A stretch of DNA of 21,273 nucleotides, from assembly GCF_000181795.1 (NCBI RefSeq), contig NW_003526948.1:1377444-1398716 (forward strand), read 5' to 3'. The translations under genes and the position numbers were made by a program. The stretch is from Trichinella spiralis (Eukaryota). A model generated the notes under the pieces. That model did no database searches and had not been told where the DNA came from. It saw only the letters and a list, made by a program, of their open reading frames with translations. Shown here one piece after another: positions 1 through 13,246 of the stretch. Positions within the stretch are counted from its first letter, which is position 1, and the number at the start of each line of letters is the position of its first letter.

Positions 1-1429
1 AGTTGTTTATTTGATTTTAAGCCATTCACTTTTGACATGTCGAGTTTTGCAAATTTCCAACGCATAGCATTTCGTATGATTGATTATTAATAGATATTTT
101 ATTACATCGCCGACAATTTGTATTTTGCTTTGCTGAAGCGAATAGATAGATGAATTGTATTTTTAAAAACTCGAAATGAATTTCGAATCGATTTGGAAAA
201 CGGGCTAATGTGATGTTTGTTTGTGTGATTTTTCTTTCTTTTCTTTTTTTTAAATATATTTCACGATGTTCCAAGTTCTGCTTGAAATGAATCACGTTGC
301 ATTGTGCTCCAATTTCATTGTCAATATTGAATGGGAGAAAGAAAGAAAAGGGAAAAAATTTGCACATAGGTCGTTTTCTTTTTCATTTTTACATTTCAAG
401 CGCAACCTGGCACTATTGTTGAAAAAACTGTGAACGTGATGCTTTGAAAAATGAACAAAATAAGCTGCATTTCTATTCATCCTTTCCTACTGTAGACTTT
501 AGTGTTTTCTTTCTTTGTGTTGTTTTTCCTACTTGGGATACTGTAATGCATAAAATGTTTGTTGTAATTTCTCTTGACAATCTGATTCTCAAATTCGTCC
601 CGCAATATTCAATATTACGGGAGATCCAAAGAAAACGGAGGCGACTGATCTCGCTCAGGCAAGCTAATGCTCTTCGCGCAACAGCAAACAAAATACTGAA
701 TATGGAACTTTATTCCAACGATTGAAGTCAATACAGAATATAATAACTGCAAAACTAATGGATAGTTCGGAACACACAACGCTAGGAATAAACGGGAACT
801 CTATCGCACAACAACAAGACACACACAAGAATACATTATCACTCACACACGCTCACTTCCTTGCTGATTACGTCATCACGACCGCAAAAAGCGTTGTTTA
901 CGGTAGCCGATACGGATCTTCAGGCTCAAACAAAATAAGTTTTCAACAATGTTTTTACGACTTTTTATAATTGGTAGTTTTGATGGTGACACTATTTACG
1001 CTTTTCATTTTGATGTTCAATTTCATCTTATAATTTGTAAATATTTCAAATTCGGTTAAACCGTCTTTTTCAGCAGCAGTCAAATATTTGATTGCAAATT
1101 AGCAAAATAGATACGAACGCAATGTATCTTTTGATGTGCAGATTTTTTAGCAACGGTACATCGATTTGTGACAGTAAATGTTATTCAAGATAATGTTTAC
1201 GTTTTTAATTGAAAATTAGCTCAAAATTACCAAAAGGGTATTTGAAGGCATAATTTGATTCCAGTAGTAATGTTGTAAAGGGCTGAACAAAATCATCAAA
1301 TCCATTGATTGCTACAGTTTGTCTAAATAATAAAAAAATATGCAGAATGAAATTTGAATTAAATTTTTACAAAACAACTTTAGATGAGTGTTTTGTTTTC
1401 AGCATTTATTTCAAGTTGATTGTTTTTAG

Positions 1430-2984
<1,555 letters not shown>

Positions 2985-3639
2985 ACTGATACGCCATTTT
3001 GTTGCAGTTCCACTCACGGATTGTTTCTTTCTTCTCTGTTCTTTTTTACAAATGCCTTTTTCATGGTTGCATTTATGAATGGTGAGAATTTTATTATTTC
3101 CTTTTTTTTCCATTTGCGGCTTTTACTTTTTTCCATTTAGAACTTTCCACAGCTTTGTTCATCCCATTCTCTTTTTTTTATTACTTAATTTTTCCTACTC
3201 TTTTTTTTTGCTGTTCCTACTTTCTCAATTCTGCAAGTTGGTTCCAAATTTGATTTTAGCAATTACCGAAAAATTAGCGTTTTCTGCTTGTTATTTTTTT
3301 TTTCGATTCCATCGCAACTGACGAGGCGATGTTTACGGTGCTTTTTTGCTTTTCCTCAGCCAAAACAAGAGGCATTATTTATTGCACATGCAAACGGTAG
3401 TGACCAAACAAACAGTGATAATGACGACAATAGCAGCGCTTCTTTTTTTTCCCCCTTGCCGTTGATTCATTTTTCTTTTTAATCTTCCGCTGAAGAAATT
3501 ATCATATAAAAAATATTAATAATATTTCCAGTTGAATTTATTATTTCTTTTGATTTTTGTATCAAGTTAACACTGCGAACAGAAATATAGGATAAAATAA
3601 AAAAGATTCATTTCGAAAGCGATAAATGAATAATGTGAA

Positions 3640-4843
3640 TCAGTTGCAGAAGATGTTGTCTATTAGTGTTGAGTAGAAATTGCCAGGTTCCACCAGTGTG
3701 ATAGAATTTGAAAATAAAATGATCAAATCGAATTGAAATGGGAAAAAAGCACTGCAAAGGTGCAGAAATTTGTAAAAAATATCAGCTTTTTCACTTGTTG
3801 CAAAAGCATTGTTGCGGTTGAACAAGCAGCATGCATATAAAGTGGACAATTTGGCCACGTCTGACGGCATCTCCAGCATCAAGTAAGGCTTTTCAATATA
3901 TTTCGGTAATTGTAATTCGCAGGCGAATGAATTGTCCCGACTGTACAACAGCAGTGCAACGCACACGCAAAAGTAACACCGATCGCCCAGAATTTTGCAG
4001 ACCATTTTCAACCAAGAATTCAACCATTTCAAATAATTTCTATGAACCGTGTCCGGTGCAGAAGTGACATTGATCTTCGCAATGTGCAAAGCTAATTTGG
4101 CGCTCAGTTTCAGCTGAACGTTCGTCTCTTGTTCGGCAATGTGACCACCGATCATCCACGAGATCACTCGGAATAGTAATGGATATTTCTCCACTAACGT
4201 TTCCAATGACAAGCTGGGCGCAAATTGAAAAAAATAATCGACAGTACTGTGATCGCATTTTTTATTAACTTTGTATTCTTCACAAATTCTGTACAATATT
4301 TCACACTCATCGGACTGAAAATTCATATAAATACACACACACACACACACACACACACATATGTATATATACTTTAGGACTGAAAATCAGTTCTTCAAAA
4401 CTTACTGGAAACAGCAAGCCGTGAGACGACAACTTCGATCCCTGTAACGCATCTAGCCAATATTGTAATTTTTTATTTAATTCAGAAACACGCATCGATC
4501 TTGTGAAATCAATTCGAAATGAATTGTAATAGAAACTGTACGACGGGGCGATGGACAGTGAATACGGTCCGTTGTCAAACGACAATCCAACTTTACCCAA
4601 ATCTACTTGCACAAAAACAGCTCTGCAAACTTGAAATGCTAATTCTTCCAAAACATCAAGCATAACAGAACTAGCACTGTATCTTAAACGTAAAAATTAA
4701 AAAAAAAACAAACATTTCCAAAAACTGCTTGTTTGTACATACTTTTTGTTCAAAAAAAGCACAACTACCAGTTTTTCTTTTCCTTCAGCTGATAGAAAAT
4801 GAAACAAATCTTCACTTTGAACGTTCAGCACATTACTCGACAT
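3640..4843 (-). CDS. About 361-aa protein: N-terminal thioredoxin-like domain lacking CxxC plus a helical C-terminal region (possibly PUL-like)
   Basis: Exons 4843-4743, 4682-4373 and 4314-3640 are joined by phase-consistent GT..AG introns (4742-4683 phase 2; 4372-4315 phase 0), linking three ORF-track fragments into one open frame of 1086 nt. The start ATG at 4843 is inferred, and an additional upstream exon is possible. The N-terminus EDLFHFLSAEGKEKLVVVLF..VMLDVLEELA..AVFVQVD..APSYSFYYN..ID..ELNKKL follows the thioredoxin pattern. Confidence 0.8.
4333..4359. repeat. (CA)n microsatellite inside the 58-bp intron of the minus-strand gene
   Basis: An uninterrupted acacac run is visible at 4333-4359. 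Confidence 0.95.
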
Positions 4844-5393
4844 ATTTGATGAACACAATATTTTGAATCTGAAATAACGTTTTATTAAATGCACGACTAT
4901 GAGCATTTTGCCAAGCTGAGCAGCTGTCACAATGAACATGCGAATTACGTACAATTTTGAAATGCTTATTCACTTCTACTGCTGTAATGTCTACAGAACA
5001 CAGAAAAGTAATCATAAGCTTATCAACTAATCAAAACTTAAAAAAGAATAATAGCTACAGTAAGAAAACATGCACGTACTTGCCTTCTTAATTTATATTA
5101 CTGTGTTATTATATTTATTATTATGGAAATAACATTGCGTTGTTGTGAAATAAAATAAATCTTTATTTTAGAATTTTTGATTGAAAATGATGTTTCCTTG
5201 AATGCTATTCAAGCTGTAGTAGAGCATGATGAAGAATAAAAGAATTTGAAGATAACATGCAAAAGTATAATATTCTTATTTTGAAATATTTATTTGAAAC
5301 TTATTTTTAAATATAATATTCAATGAATGCTGTTTCTGAAATATATTTTATTAATTCTTTCTTAATTCTCTTGTTTATCTAACATTTATTATA

Positions 5394-5973
5394 CAGTAGA
5401 ACTTGGTTAAGTGCACATGATCGTTTGCTTAGATTTGTTGTTCGTTAGATAACGTGAGCATGAAATTAATTGATAACGATTCTAACTGAAAGTAAGTGAT
5501 TTCAGAATTTTGGTCACTGACTGCGTTTTACTATAGGTTGTTTGAACTGATGTAAGATTCGTTTCAACGATGACGATGATCCGTCGAGGAAGTTGAAAAC
5601 ACTAAGCATCGGCTCTGAAATTGCTTTCTGCAATTTTGATGAACAAGCAAGCGTGGAAATTGGTAACAGATGTTACAGTTGCTCACAAGAAAGCTGACAC
5701 AGCTATGGGGACAAGTTGGTCATATTTTCACCGAAACACATAAATCAGACAGACCTGAAGAGTATATGATTGGTATGGCTGGTGCCACGAAATATAACAT
5801 TTCAAACCTACATTTCCGACTTTTTATTTAAAATAAATGGACATTTTTTGCACTAAATCCATTTGTACATGTGGAATTATTGCTGCTTTCAATTACTCTG
5901 CATAATTCCCCACTTTGGATAAGTGCGTGGAAATTCTTGGCAAATTCCCTGTGCACTTAATCAAGTTCGACTG
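5394..5973 (+). mobile_element. Non-autonomous pogo/Tigger-type (Tc1/mariner superfamily) DNA transposon, 580 bp
   Basis: Left end CAGTAGAACTTGGTTAAGTGCACA versus reverse complement of the right end CAGTCGAACTTGATTAAGTGCACA gives 22/24 matches. TA lies on both sides (5392-5393, 5974-5975). An internal remnant at 5803-5826 reads QTYISDFF, resembling the QxxIxxFF C-terminus of pogo/Tigger transposases. A subterminal TIR-like repeat (ttggataagtgc) lies near 5915. Confidence 0.88.
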
Positions 5974-6859
5974 TATTTATTTGCTATAACAAGAACATTG
6001 TATCAGCAAGCTGAGCAACTGAACCAAGTTATTTTGAAGGAAGAGCACGAAATTATGAATACTGTTGAACACACAAGCAAATGAAGTGTGTGAAGTGAGA
6101 CAGTTGTCTAAGAAATTTGTAACTTATATCAATTTTGTCATTTTTGCATTGGAATGATGAACCCTTTTACTGACATTTTCTATGAACAAAAATCTACGCT
6201 TATACAATTTTTTGTTTTCAACAATTATTAACTTCCTTTTGAATTTAAATAAACTTTTCAATCAACTTTTTGGATTTCAATTCCGATCAATGTGGATTCA
6301 ACAATGCAATGAGTCTTATAACTTCGAATCTTTGATTCTAAAAAATATTGCTGTTCACTGATTATCAAAGCGCAAGATTTTATATTAGCAATTATCCTTT
6401 ATGAAACTTGTATAATCATCGATGCTTGTATTCACATATTAAAGATACTGTGTATTAATTTATAAATGTAGTATAAACGGATCATGGTACAATGAATATA
6501 ACATTGCACTTGTTATCTAGGTCAGCAGAAGTGAATCCAGAATCTAGGAGAGAAAGAAAATTGCTCTAAGTTATACAACGGCTCTAGGTCAATACATAAG
6601 CGACTTAAAGTAAACAATAGCATAAGGTAAAAGGCGAGTACTTCTACGCGTACAGCTAACGTCCAATGGTCACTGAATAGCACAGTACGTTTGTGTGATT
6701 TTATATACAGAATAGTTCGACATGTCTATGCGGCTTTACCATTTAGCTTAATCAGCATTCATTTCATATTTATATTAAATATACACTAAAACATATAATA
6801 TATATTTTAAAGATACTTTATATTTTTAGCCTATATATATGCATAGCAAAGCATTATTT

Positions 6860-7140
6860 GTCGTGTGGATTCTGCAAAGCCGTTGAACGCTTCATTAGCT
6901 AAGCAAAGACGGAAAAATTTGTCAAAATTCTTTTCCTACCAAACTGTACAATAAATTCTTCAAATTGATGCAGCACATGGGAAACAAACATCATATAAGC
7001 TACCTACGCCTGTTTTCAGCAATCAAATCAACAGCAGCGTTACAGCAATAATAGATTTGAAAAGAAGCAAACAGATTGCTCGAATATACGGACCTCAGCA
7101 CTCAAGTCAAGCGACCCATCGATCATTGTTATGACAGCTG
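6860..7140 (+). mobile_element. Possible highly decayed pogo-type (DDE_1) transposase fragment
   Basis: Frameshifted peptide pieces VKILFLPNCT, KLMQHMG and IDLK/EANRLLEY..VKRPIDHC occur in the order expected for the pogo DDE motifs (FLPPNTTSxLQPMD ... IxLLDAIxxxxxAW..V...I.NC). No TIRs were found, and this was judged by eye only. Confidence 0.3.
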
Positions 7141-7380
7141 TTCTACGTGCTTCTGTTAGCACTGATAAAAATATTATTCATCGCTGACTTATTCACGGTA
7201 AAACTATTTGTGGAATAATGGTCTTCTAAAATTGGCACTTTGCCTATCTCAAAACATAGGTAACCGTGCCATTTGTTTTAAGATATTTCGGAAAATATGC
7301 AACTACGAACTGCGCGAATAAGTTTGTTGTATTTCTCTAATCATTTGGCCCATAAAGACCATTTTGGGATTCTACAGAGT

Positions 7381-8661
7381 TTCTCAAAAATCGCAAATTT
7401 CATAGGCTATAGATTTGGTTGTTTTGGCGAAAATTAACGAAAGTCCTTTTTTAAGTTTTTTCGAAACTTCGAGTTTTTCTGACTTCTAGACATTCCCAAT
7501 GATTTACGATCGTGTTATGCAAAGTTCCCTTCGAAACTACTGAATAGTTGTGAAATAAATGGGCTGGAAATTTGTCTACCGCCTTTCTTAATGCATAGAG
7601 AATTTGTCCATCAGTAACTTTCTCCCAACGGCAGCAATGACTGCACATGAGACATTTTTGATATCGAATCTATTAGATTTCTACCAATTTATCGTTTTTT
7701 ACGATCAATTGAATTGAATTTCTGAAATTATTGCTGTTAAATAATCATTAATTGGTGCGAATCAAAACGCATGAATTGTAACAGTTTTGTTTGGTGAAAA
7801 GCAAACATTTCAAGGAATGCGATTCTAATTCCCATGTTTTTCATTGATTACGCATCTGATTAATACCACATGTGTGGCTATTTGATTGTACTTTTGCTAA
7901 GTAACAACGATGGAATTGCGATTTGCATAATTAGTATAACATGTATTCGCCCAGGGTGAAACTACATTACGAATGCTAGGAAAATAAATAAATTCAAAAC
8001 TGATGTCAAACTATTCGGCTCATACATGGTAGTGCTTCGAATTTTCTGAGGTATCCACCAGTAAATAGAGTGAAAATTATTCCATTCTTCTCAGAAAGAA
8101 CGGCGAATTACAAAAACATTTGATGATACGTTCAAGCAATTTTGTGCCAATCAAAGGTATGTAAATTTTCATTAACCCGCAATCAGTGATTTTTTGAGAA
8201 ATTTGATAGAGTTGTCAGTTTATGCATTTGACATTTATAGAAGAGAAAAACTCGGATATTGAATGAAAATAGTTTTCCAATCTGATAATTTTGGATAGTT
8301 CCTATCTCTGAATTATAATCAATTAAAAAATTCAGTGAACAAAGGTTTTTAATTTTGAAAGTTACTATTGCTTAAATGAAAATTAGGAACAATTTTTATT
8401 TAAATAAATTTATTTTTCAAATGAGAACATGGATATTTTCGTGGGAAAAATTAATGCAATCATTCCGTTTCAACACTGGTTTAACTTTTATTTTTCACAT
8501 CTTTTTATTTCGATTCCGTTAAAATTTTATTTTGATTTCACTTTTTTTGATATACCTCAACAAATGCGCAATCAGTAGCTGTCATGATAATTTCATAGTA
8601 GTTAGCGGATAATTCCCTACCGATTTAAAACAATTGCCTTGATATTTAGAGAAAAAAACTT
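7381..8661 (+). repeat. Tandem unit 1 of a diverged 1.26-1.28-kb direct repeat
   Basis: Collinear with 8662-9921: ctgcacatga at 7641/8902, ttacgatcaatt.aattgaatttctgaaatta, gcgatttgcataattagtataa, aaaggtatgtaaatttt, ttccaatctgataattttgga. Boundaries are approximate. Confidence 0.85.
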
Positions 8662-9921
8662 TTCTCGAAAATTGCAAAATTTTATGGACTATAGACTTGG
8701 TTGTTTTGGTGAAAAACTGCGAAAAATTTGTTTTCCGAATTTGGAGGTTCTCTTGATCGTTATAATTTTACATTGATAAAAGATAGTGGTTTCTAGAGTT
8801 TCAATTCAAAATATCCAGTAGATATGGAATAAATGGGCTCTAAGATTGAGGTAGTAGCCCATTAGTAGCTCTCTTTTAACTGAAGCAGAGACTGCCAGTT
8901 TCTGCACATGATACATTTCTGGCATTGAATCTGTTCGATTTCCACTAATATGTATTTTTACGATCAATTTAATTGAATTTCTGAAATTACTGCTCTTAAA
9001 TTATCATAAATTGCTCTGAATAAAAACGAAAGTGTTGTAAGTGTTTATATTGCTAAAAAGTAAACATTTCATTGCATCCAATCCCGTTTAACATTTTTGT
9101 CATTGATTAAACTCCTTATATATCGCACATGTGGGGCTATTTGAATTTGCTTTCGCTACGCAACAACAGTGCGATGGCGATTTGCATAATTAGTATAATA
9201 TGTGATCGTCTAGAGTTGAAATTCATTACAACTGCAAAGAAATTAAATGAATTCACAATTGATGTCAAATTATTCGGCTCATGCATGGTATTTGTTCGAA
9301 AATTTAGAAAAATCCACCAGTATGTGCAGTGGAAATTATTCCGCGCATCTCAGAAACTACGGCGTATTGTAAAATAATTTTGTGTTAAGAGAAAGCAATT
9401 TTTTCCAATTAAAGGTATGTAAATTTTGAATAACCTGCAATCGATGATTTTTTGAGAAATGCGATAAAGTTTCCAGTTTGAGCATTTGGAGTTTTTAGAA
9501 AAGAAGACTGGCATATTGCACGAAAATAGCTTTCCAATCTGATAATTTTGGACATTTCTTATATCTGAATTGCAATCAATGAAAAATTCAGTTAACAAAG
9601 GTTTTTAATTTTGAAATTTTTTGTACATTAATGAAAGTCAAGAACAATTCTTGTAAAAAAATTATTATTTTTTTGTGTGAAAAAATTGATGTTTTTGTTG
9701 TAAAAATTAATGAAACCATACAATAGTTCCATTTATTTAACTTTCAATTTTCATTCTATTTTATTTCGACTTGGTAAAAATCCTATTTCAAGTTTCATTT
9801 TTTTGCGCAGATCTGAAGAAATACGCAATCACGAGGAGCCTGGAAACGTTAATACTAATTAGAGAATAATTCTCAACCGATATTTATTAATTGCCTTAGT
9901 TTTTATTGAGTGATAAATTTT
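8662..9921 (+). repeat. Tandem unit 2 of a diverged 1.26-1.28-kb direct repeat
   Basis: Shares the same anchors as unit 1 at an offset of about 1261. A third unit starts at about 9922 and is truncated. Confidence 0.85.
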
Positions 9922-10430
9922 TGTTGAAAACTGCAAAATTTTATGGGCTATAGACATGGTTATTCTTGTGAAAATTCTCGAAAAAGTTTTTTTAAATGTT
10001 TAGACGTTTTATTTCATTTTATAATTTCATATTGATGATGGAAAATGTTTTACAGAGTTTCAACCCAAACTACCCAGTATTTCTGGAATAAACGGGTTCT
10101 AAAGATGGAATACTGTCTCTCTTAACACATTTGTATGCTTCACACTTTTTTCGGCATACCTCGAGAAACACGCAACCGGGAACCGCCGGGATCTTTTCCA
10201 TTGTACTCTTCTTATCGTTTCCGATCGATTGATGCCCATGCATTGCATTTTTGGAGGAAGACCTTTTTCTGGAAAATGGCAAAACTTCATGGGTTATAGA
10301 CTTGGTTGTTTTTGTGAAAATCAACGAAACTTTTTTTGCAAAATGTGACCTTTTTCATTGTCGTAATTTTATATTAATAAAAGATAGTGTTTTCGAGAAT
10401 TCTGTCGCCTATCTTAATATGTTCGAAAGT
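9922..10430 (+). repeat. Truncated third unit plus a further copy of the roughly 345-bp monomer
   Basis: The motif GG(C/T)TATAGAC(T/A)TGGTT recurs at 9946 and 10292. ggaataaacgggttctaa at about 10085 matches ggaataaatgggctctaa at about 8826. Confidence 0.7.
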
Positions 10431-10512
10431 TGCCAATCTGTTGCTTAATCGAAACGCAACTAGTATACGTGATTTTAGCGAACATAACTCTTTTCGCGTT
10501 TCATTTGTGTAT

Positions 10513-10778
10513 GCATTAAAATTCAACAACAACGATTTTTAACTGATCGTGTCCTTAGTCCTACGGATTTTCACCATTCACCCAGTCACCGCAGCCTGCG
10601 CAGAACGTAGCTTTACTGCAATGAAATATCTAAAAAGCTATTTCTGGACTACTATGACAGAAGAACGACTGAACGGACTTGCAGTAATGTGTACATTTAT
10701 TCTGTCTTTTTCATTCATATTGTCCTGATAATAGAAAAGTTCAGTTTGAAACGGAATCGAAACGTGTCGATTATTTGA
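10513..10778 (+). mobile_element. hAT-family transposase remnant (C-terminal dimerisation domain), pseudogenised
   Basis: The frame from 10561 reads LRIFTIHPVTAACAERSFTAMKYLKSYFWTTMTEERLNGLAVM, matching the hAT dimerisation signature (LPVT.A..ERSFS.LK..K.YLR.TM..ERL..LA). It is preceded in frame by ALKFNNNDF* and followed after a frameshift by IEKFSLKRNRN. It is absent from the ORF track. Confidence 0.88.
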
Positions 10779-13236
10779 AATACAATTAAAACTGTCATTT
10801 TGAAAGTTATTGTATCTGGTGATTTAAATGAAGTAAACGGTACTATTTTGTTCTTCGACAGACTCCCATGTATAATAATAATCTTTTTTTATACTATATC
10901 CGCCTCTCTTTATAAATTAAACACCTCTGTATATTTTTCATTAAATGACAGAATATAATTTGTTTTTTTGCAAAATTGTAAATATGGATTTTCAGTTTCG
11001 ATTCTACTCTATAATTAATTTTCTGCTGGTTAAGTACGGTTCGACCGCACACAATTTCACAAGACAAGGCATTCTATTTTACGGCATCCTCAACATTAGT
11101 CAATACTACTGATCGTGCAGTTTCAAGCACATTCATATTTTTACGAGAGTACCAGCTACGTAGGAATCAAGAAATCAAAGACAGCAGCTAAGAGCAATAC
11201 TTCCTGCAGCAATTTTATGAAAAAACCGATTGGCTGATGCTATGAGGGAGGAGATAGTAGGTGTGGTGGGTGCTTGACGGTGTTGGGAGCTGAAATGGAG
11301 GTTCGAGGAGTAGAAGGTGGAGAAGAGGTCTTCAGTGTCAGTGTGCGATTTATTTAGGAATCAGACAGGCAAGCTGTGCGAATAAAACGCGTTAAAATCA
11401 GAGCCATTGGGGCGTGGGACACAGAAATTTGTGTATGATCAAGTAGGCACAGTTTGTTGGGAAAACAGGAGCAACACTGGGAAGCCGTGGAAGGAAAGTG
11501 CATTTACGGCGGTATCTGATAATCAGGTTGATTTTTTATTGGGCTGACCCGGGAATATGAAGCTCGGCAGATAATCATCAGACGTCTCACTGAGTGCAAA
11601 CATACAAAAAATTCAAAAATCATAAATGACAATAATATATATATGGAATTCAGGCATAAATTAGAATGCAATAAATGAAGAGCATATGCGAATCTGGAGG
11701 CAATTAATCAAACTGATGATAGCCGGTTTGCTCGCACCGCAGCTTTGATGTTTTCGTTGAAATAAATACAGGTTTCCTTTCACATTATGGCCGTAATTCC
11801 AGCAGACAGATTTATCTTACATGAGCACAGAATACAAAGCATAAAAACCAAATAAAGCCGATAAAATGAGGAAAAGTAAAAGCATCTTATAATATGAAGT
11901 TAAATTATACTTCCTAAATAAAATCACGGAAAGATTATTAATAATTGGAAATACAGTAATATACATTATTTAAATTGCCAAATTAAGGATAAGAAGGTTA
12001 CTAAGTAATACTATTTTATTATTATTATTATTATACTACAATGATGTTCGGTGGCGAGACGTAACCAAGGTGCAAGAGCGAGATGCTACATTCAGGTGAA
12101 AATTTAATACTCAGACTTATTTTCCTGATAATTTGCTATGATTGCATTCATATTTCAGTATTTAAGCAATTTTCAATTTGAAGATGCGTAAAACGTGAAA
12201 TACTTTTAAAGCAGAATTCTCAATTGCATAAAGTTGAACATTGATGATTGTGAAGAAATCCATATTTCAATTTGCTATTTTAGGTAATCGTCTAGATTTA
12301 ACAGGAGAAGACGATACAATTTTCAGTTTATACTTGCTTATGGCATTCAATTGAACTTTGAACTGAGCATGTCAAATATCACTAAGCGTATTGTATTATC
12401 TATTACAGAGCACAGAAATATACCGTTTTCATAAAGAAATCATTTTCAATTTAATTTCATTATCACTTTACATTTTTTTTTCTAAATTTTCCACCATGAA
12501 GACATTAGATAAATCAAAATTTTTATATAGTTAATTATGCTTCGCATAGAGCGCACCTAGTGTGCTCAATCATTGTTTATTTTCTGTTGACATTACGTTC
12601 TAATTCATATTAGAGTAGTATATCCAACTTACGTAAGCTGATCGGTGTTTACCGCTACGTGCGCAGTGTCTGTCTTTTATGCAAATTGGGCGGTTTGAAA
12701 ATTAACTTCATATTAGCAGTGCACCAGTTAAATTCACTTTGTTGACTAACAGAGGCATCGACTGCAATGTTTGCTCGATCTATTTCTGCTTTAAATACTG
12801 AGTAAGGTGCGTTATTAAGTTTAGAAGAATGTTATCTTTTCAAACATGGGCGTGGTGCAGTTTCAATTTGAATTTGCATTTTAATTTGTTTGCTTTTGAG
12901 CTTATGCGTGGCCATCATAATATTTGTTCAACGTAATGAGAGATATGTTTCATACTTGATAATCAATAGAAATGAACTTTATGTAAATTTTCCTGAGGCT
13001 ACTTTTAGTTGCTCCAGAAACTCATTTCAAATGATTGTAGGCGAACGATGTGCGGCGAATGAACAATGGCGTTTTCAATGCGATGACAGACGAAGAAGAG
13101 CAATAAAAACGGCTTTGTTTTTTTTGATTTATTGTAACATTATTTCATTGAAATTAATTTTTTTTACATTTAGATACAGAATAATATAATATGAAAATGG
13201 GACATTCCAAGAAGGACGAGGGTAATTACCGGTAAA
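10776..13236 (+). pseudogene. Copy A of a duplicated 2.46-kb segment containing a decayed multi-exon gene of unknown family
   Basis: Collinear direct repeat of 16569-19039 (offset about 5793-5830). It contains a purine-rich ORF-like block (about 11150-11700) with stops and frameshifts, and small AG/GT-bounded exon candidates 12614-12632, 12753-12801, 12970-12982 and 13041-13106. It ends at the 10-N gap. The duplication itself is certain; the pseudogene reading is inferred. Confidence 0.65.
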
Positions 13237-13246
13237 NNNNNNNNNN
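13237..13246. other. Assembly gap (10 N)
   Basis: Run of N. Confidence 1.

Noticed and set aside
26..970. Short overlapping ORFs on both strands in the first kilobase
   Set aside because: They are low-complexity, have no motifs and no consistent splice chain, and most likely represent intron sequence of the kinase gene.
7381..9921. Coding potential of the 1.26-kb tandem units (ORFs 9129-9377 + and 9350-9598 -; conserved AAAG/GTATGT donor-like site)
   Set aside because: The frames I tried are interrupted in the sister unit and give no recognisable protein, so I kept it as a repeat only.
7200..10430. Recurring motifs as a CRISPR-like array
   Set aside because: The context is eukaryotic, the spacing is hundreds of bp, and the intervening sequences are homologous to each other rather than unique spacers.
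12890..13189. ORF pair 12890-13189 and 18659-18967 with near-identical peptides (INRNELYVNFPEAT...GERCAANEQWRFQCDD)
   Set aside because: The similarity is explained by the DNA duplication. The ORFs run through intron-like sequence and differ in start and end, so they are not called as single-exon genes.
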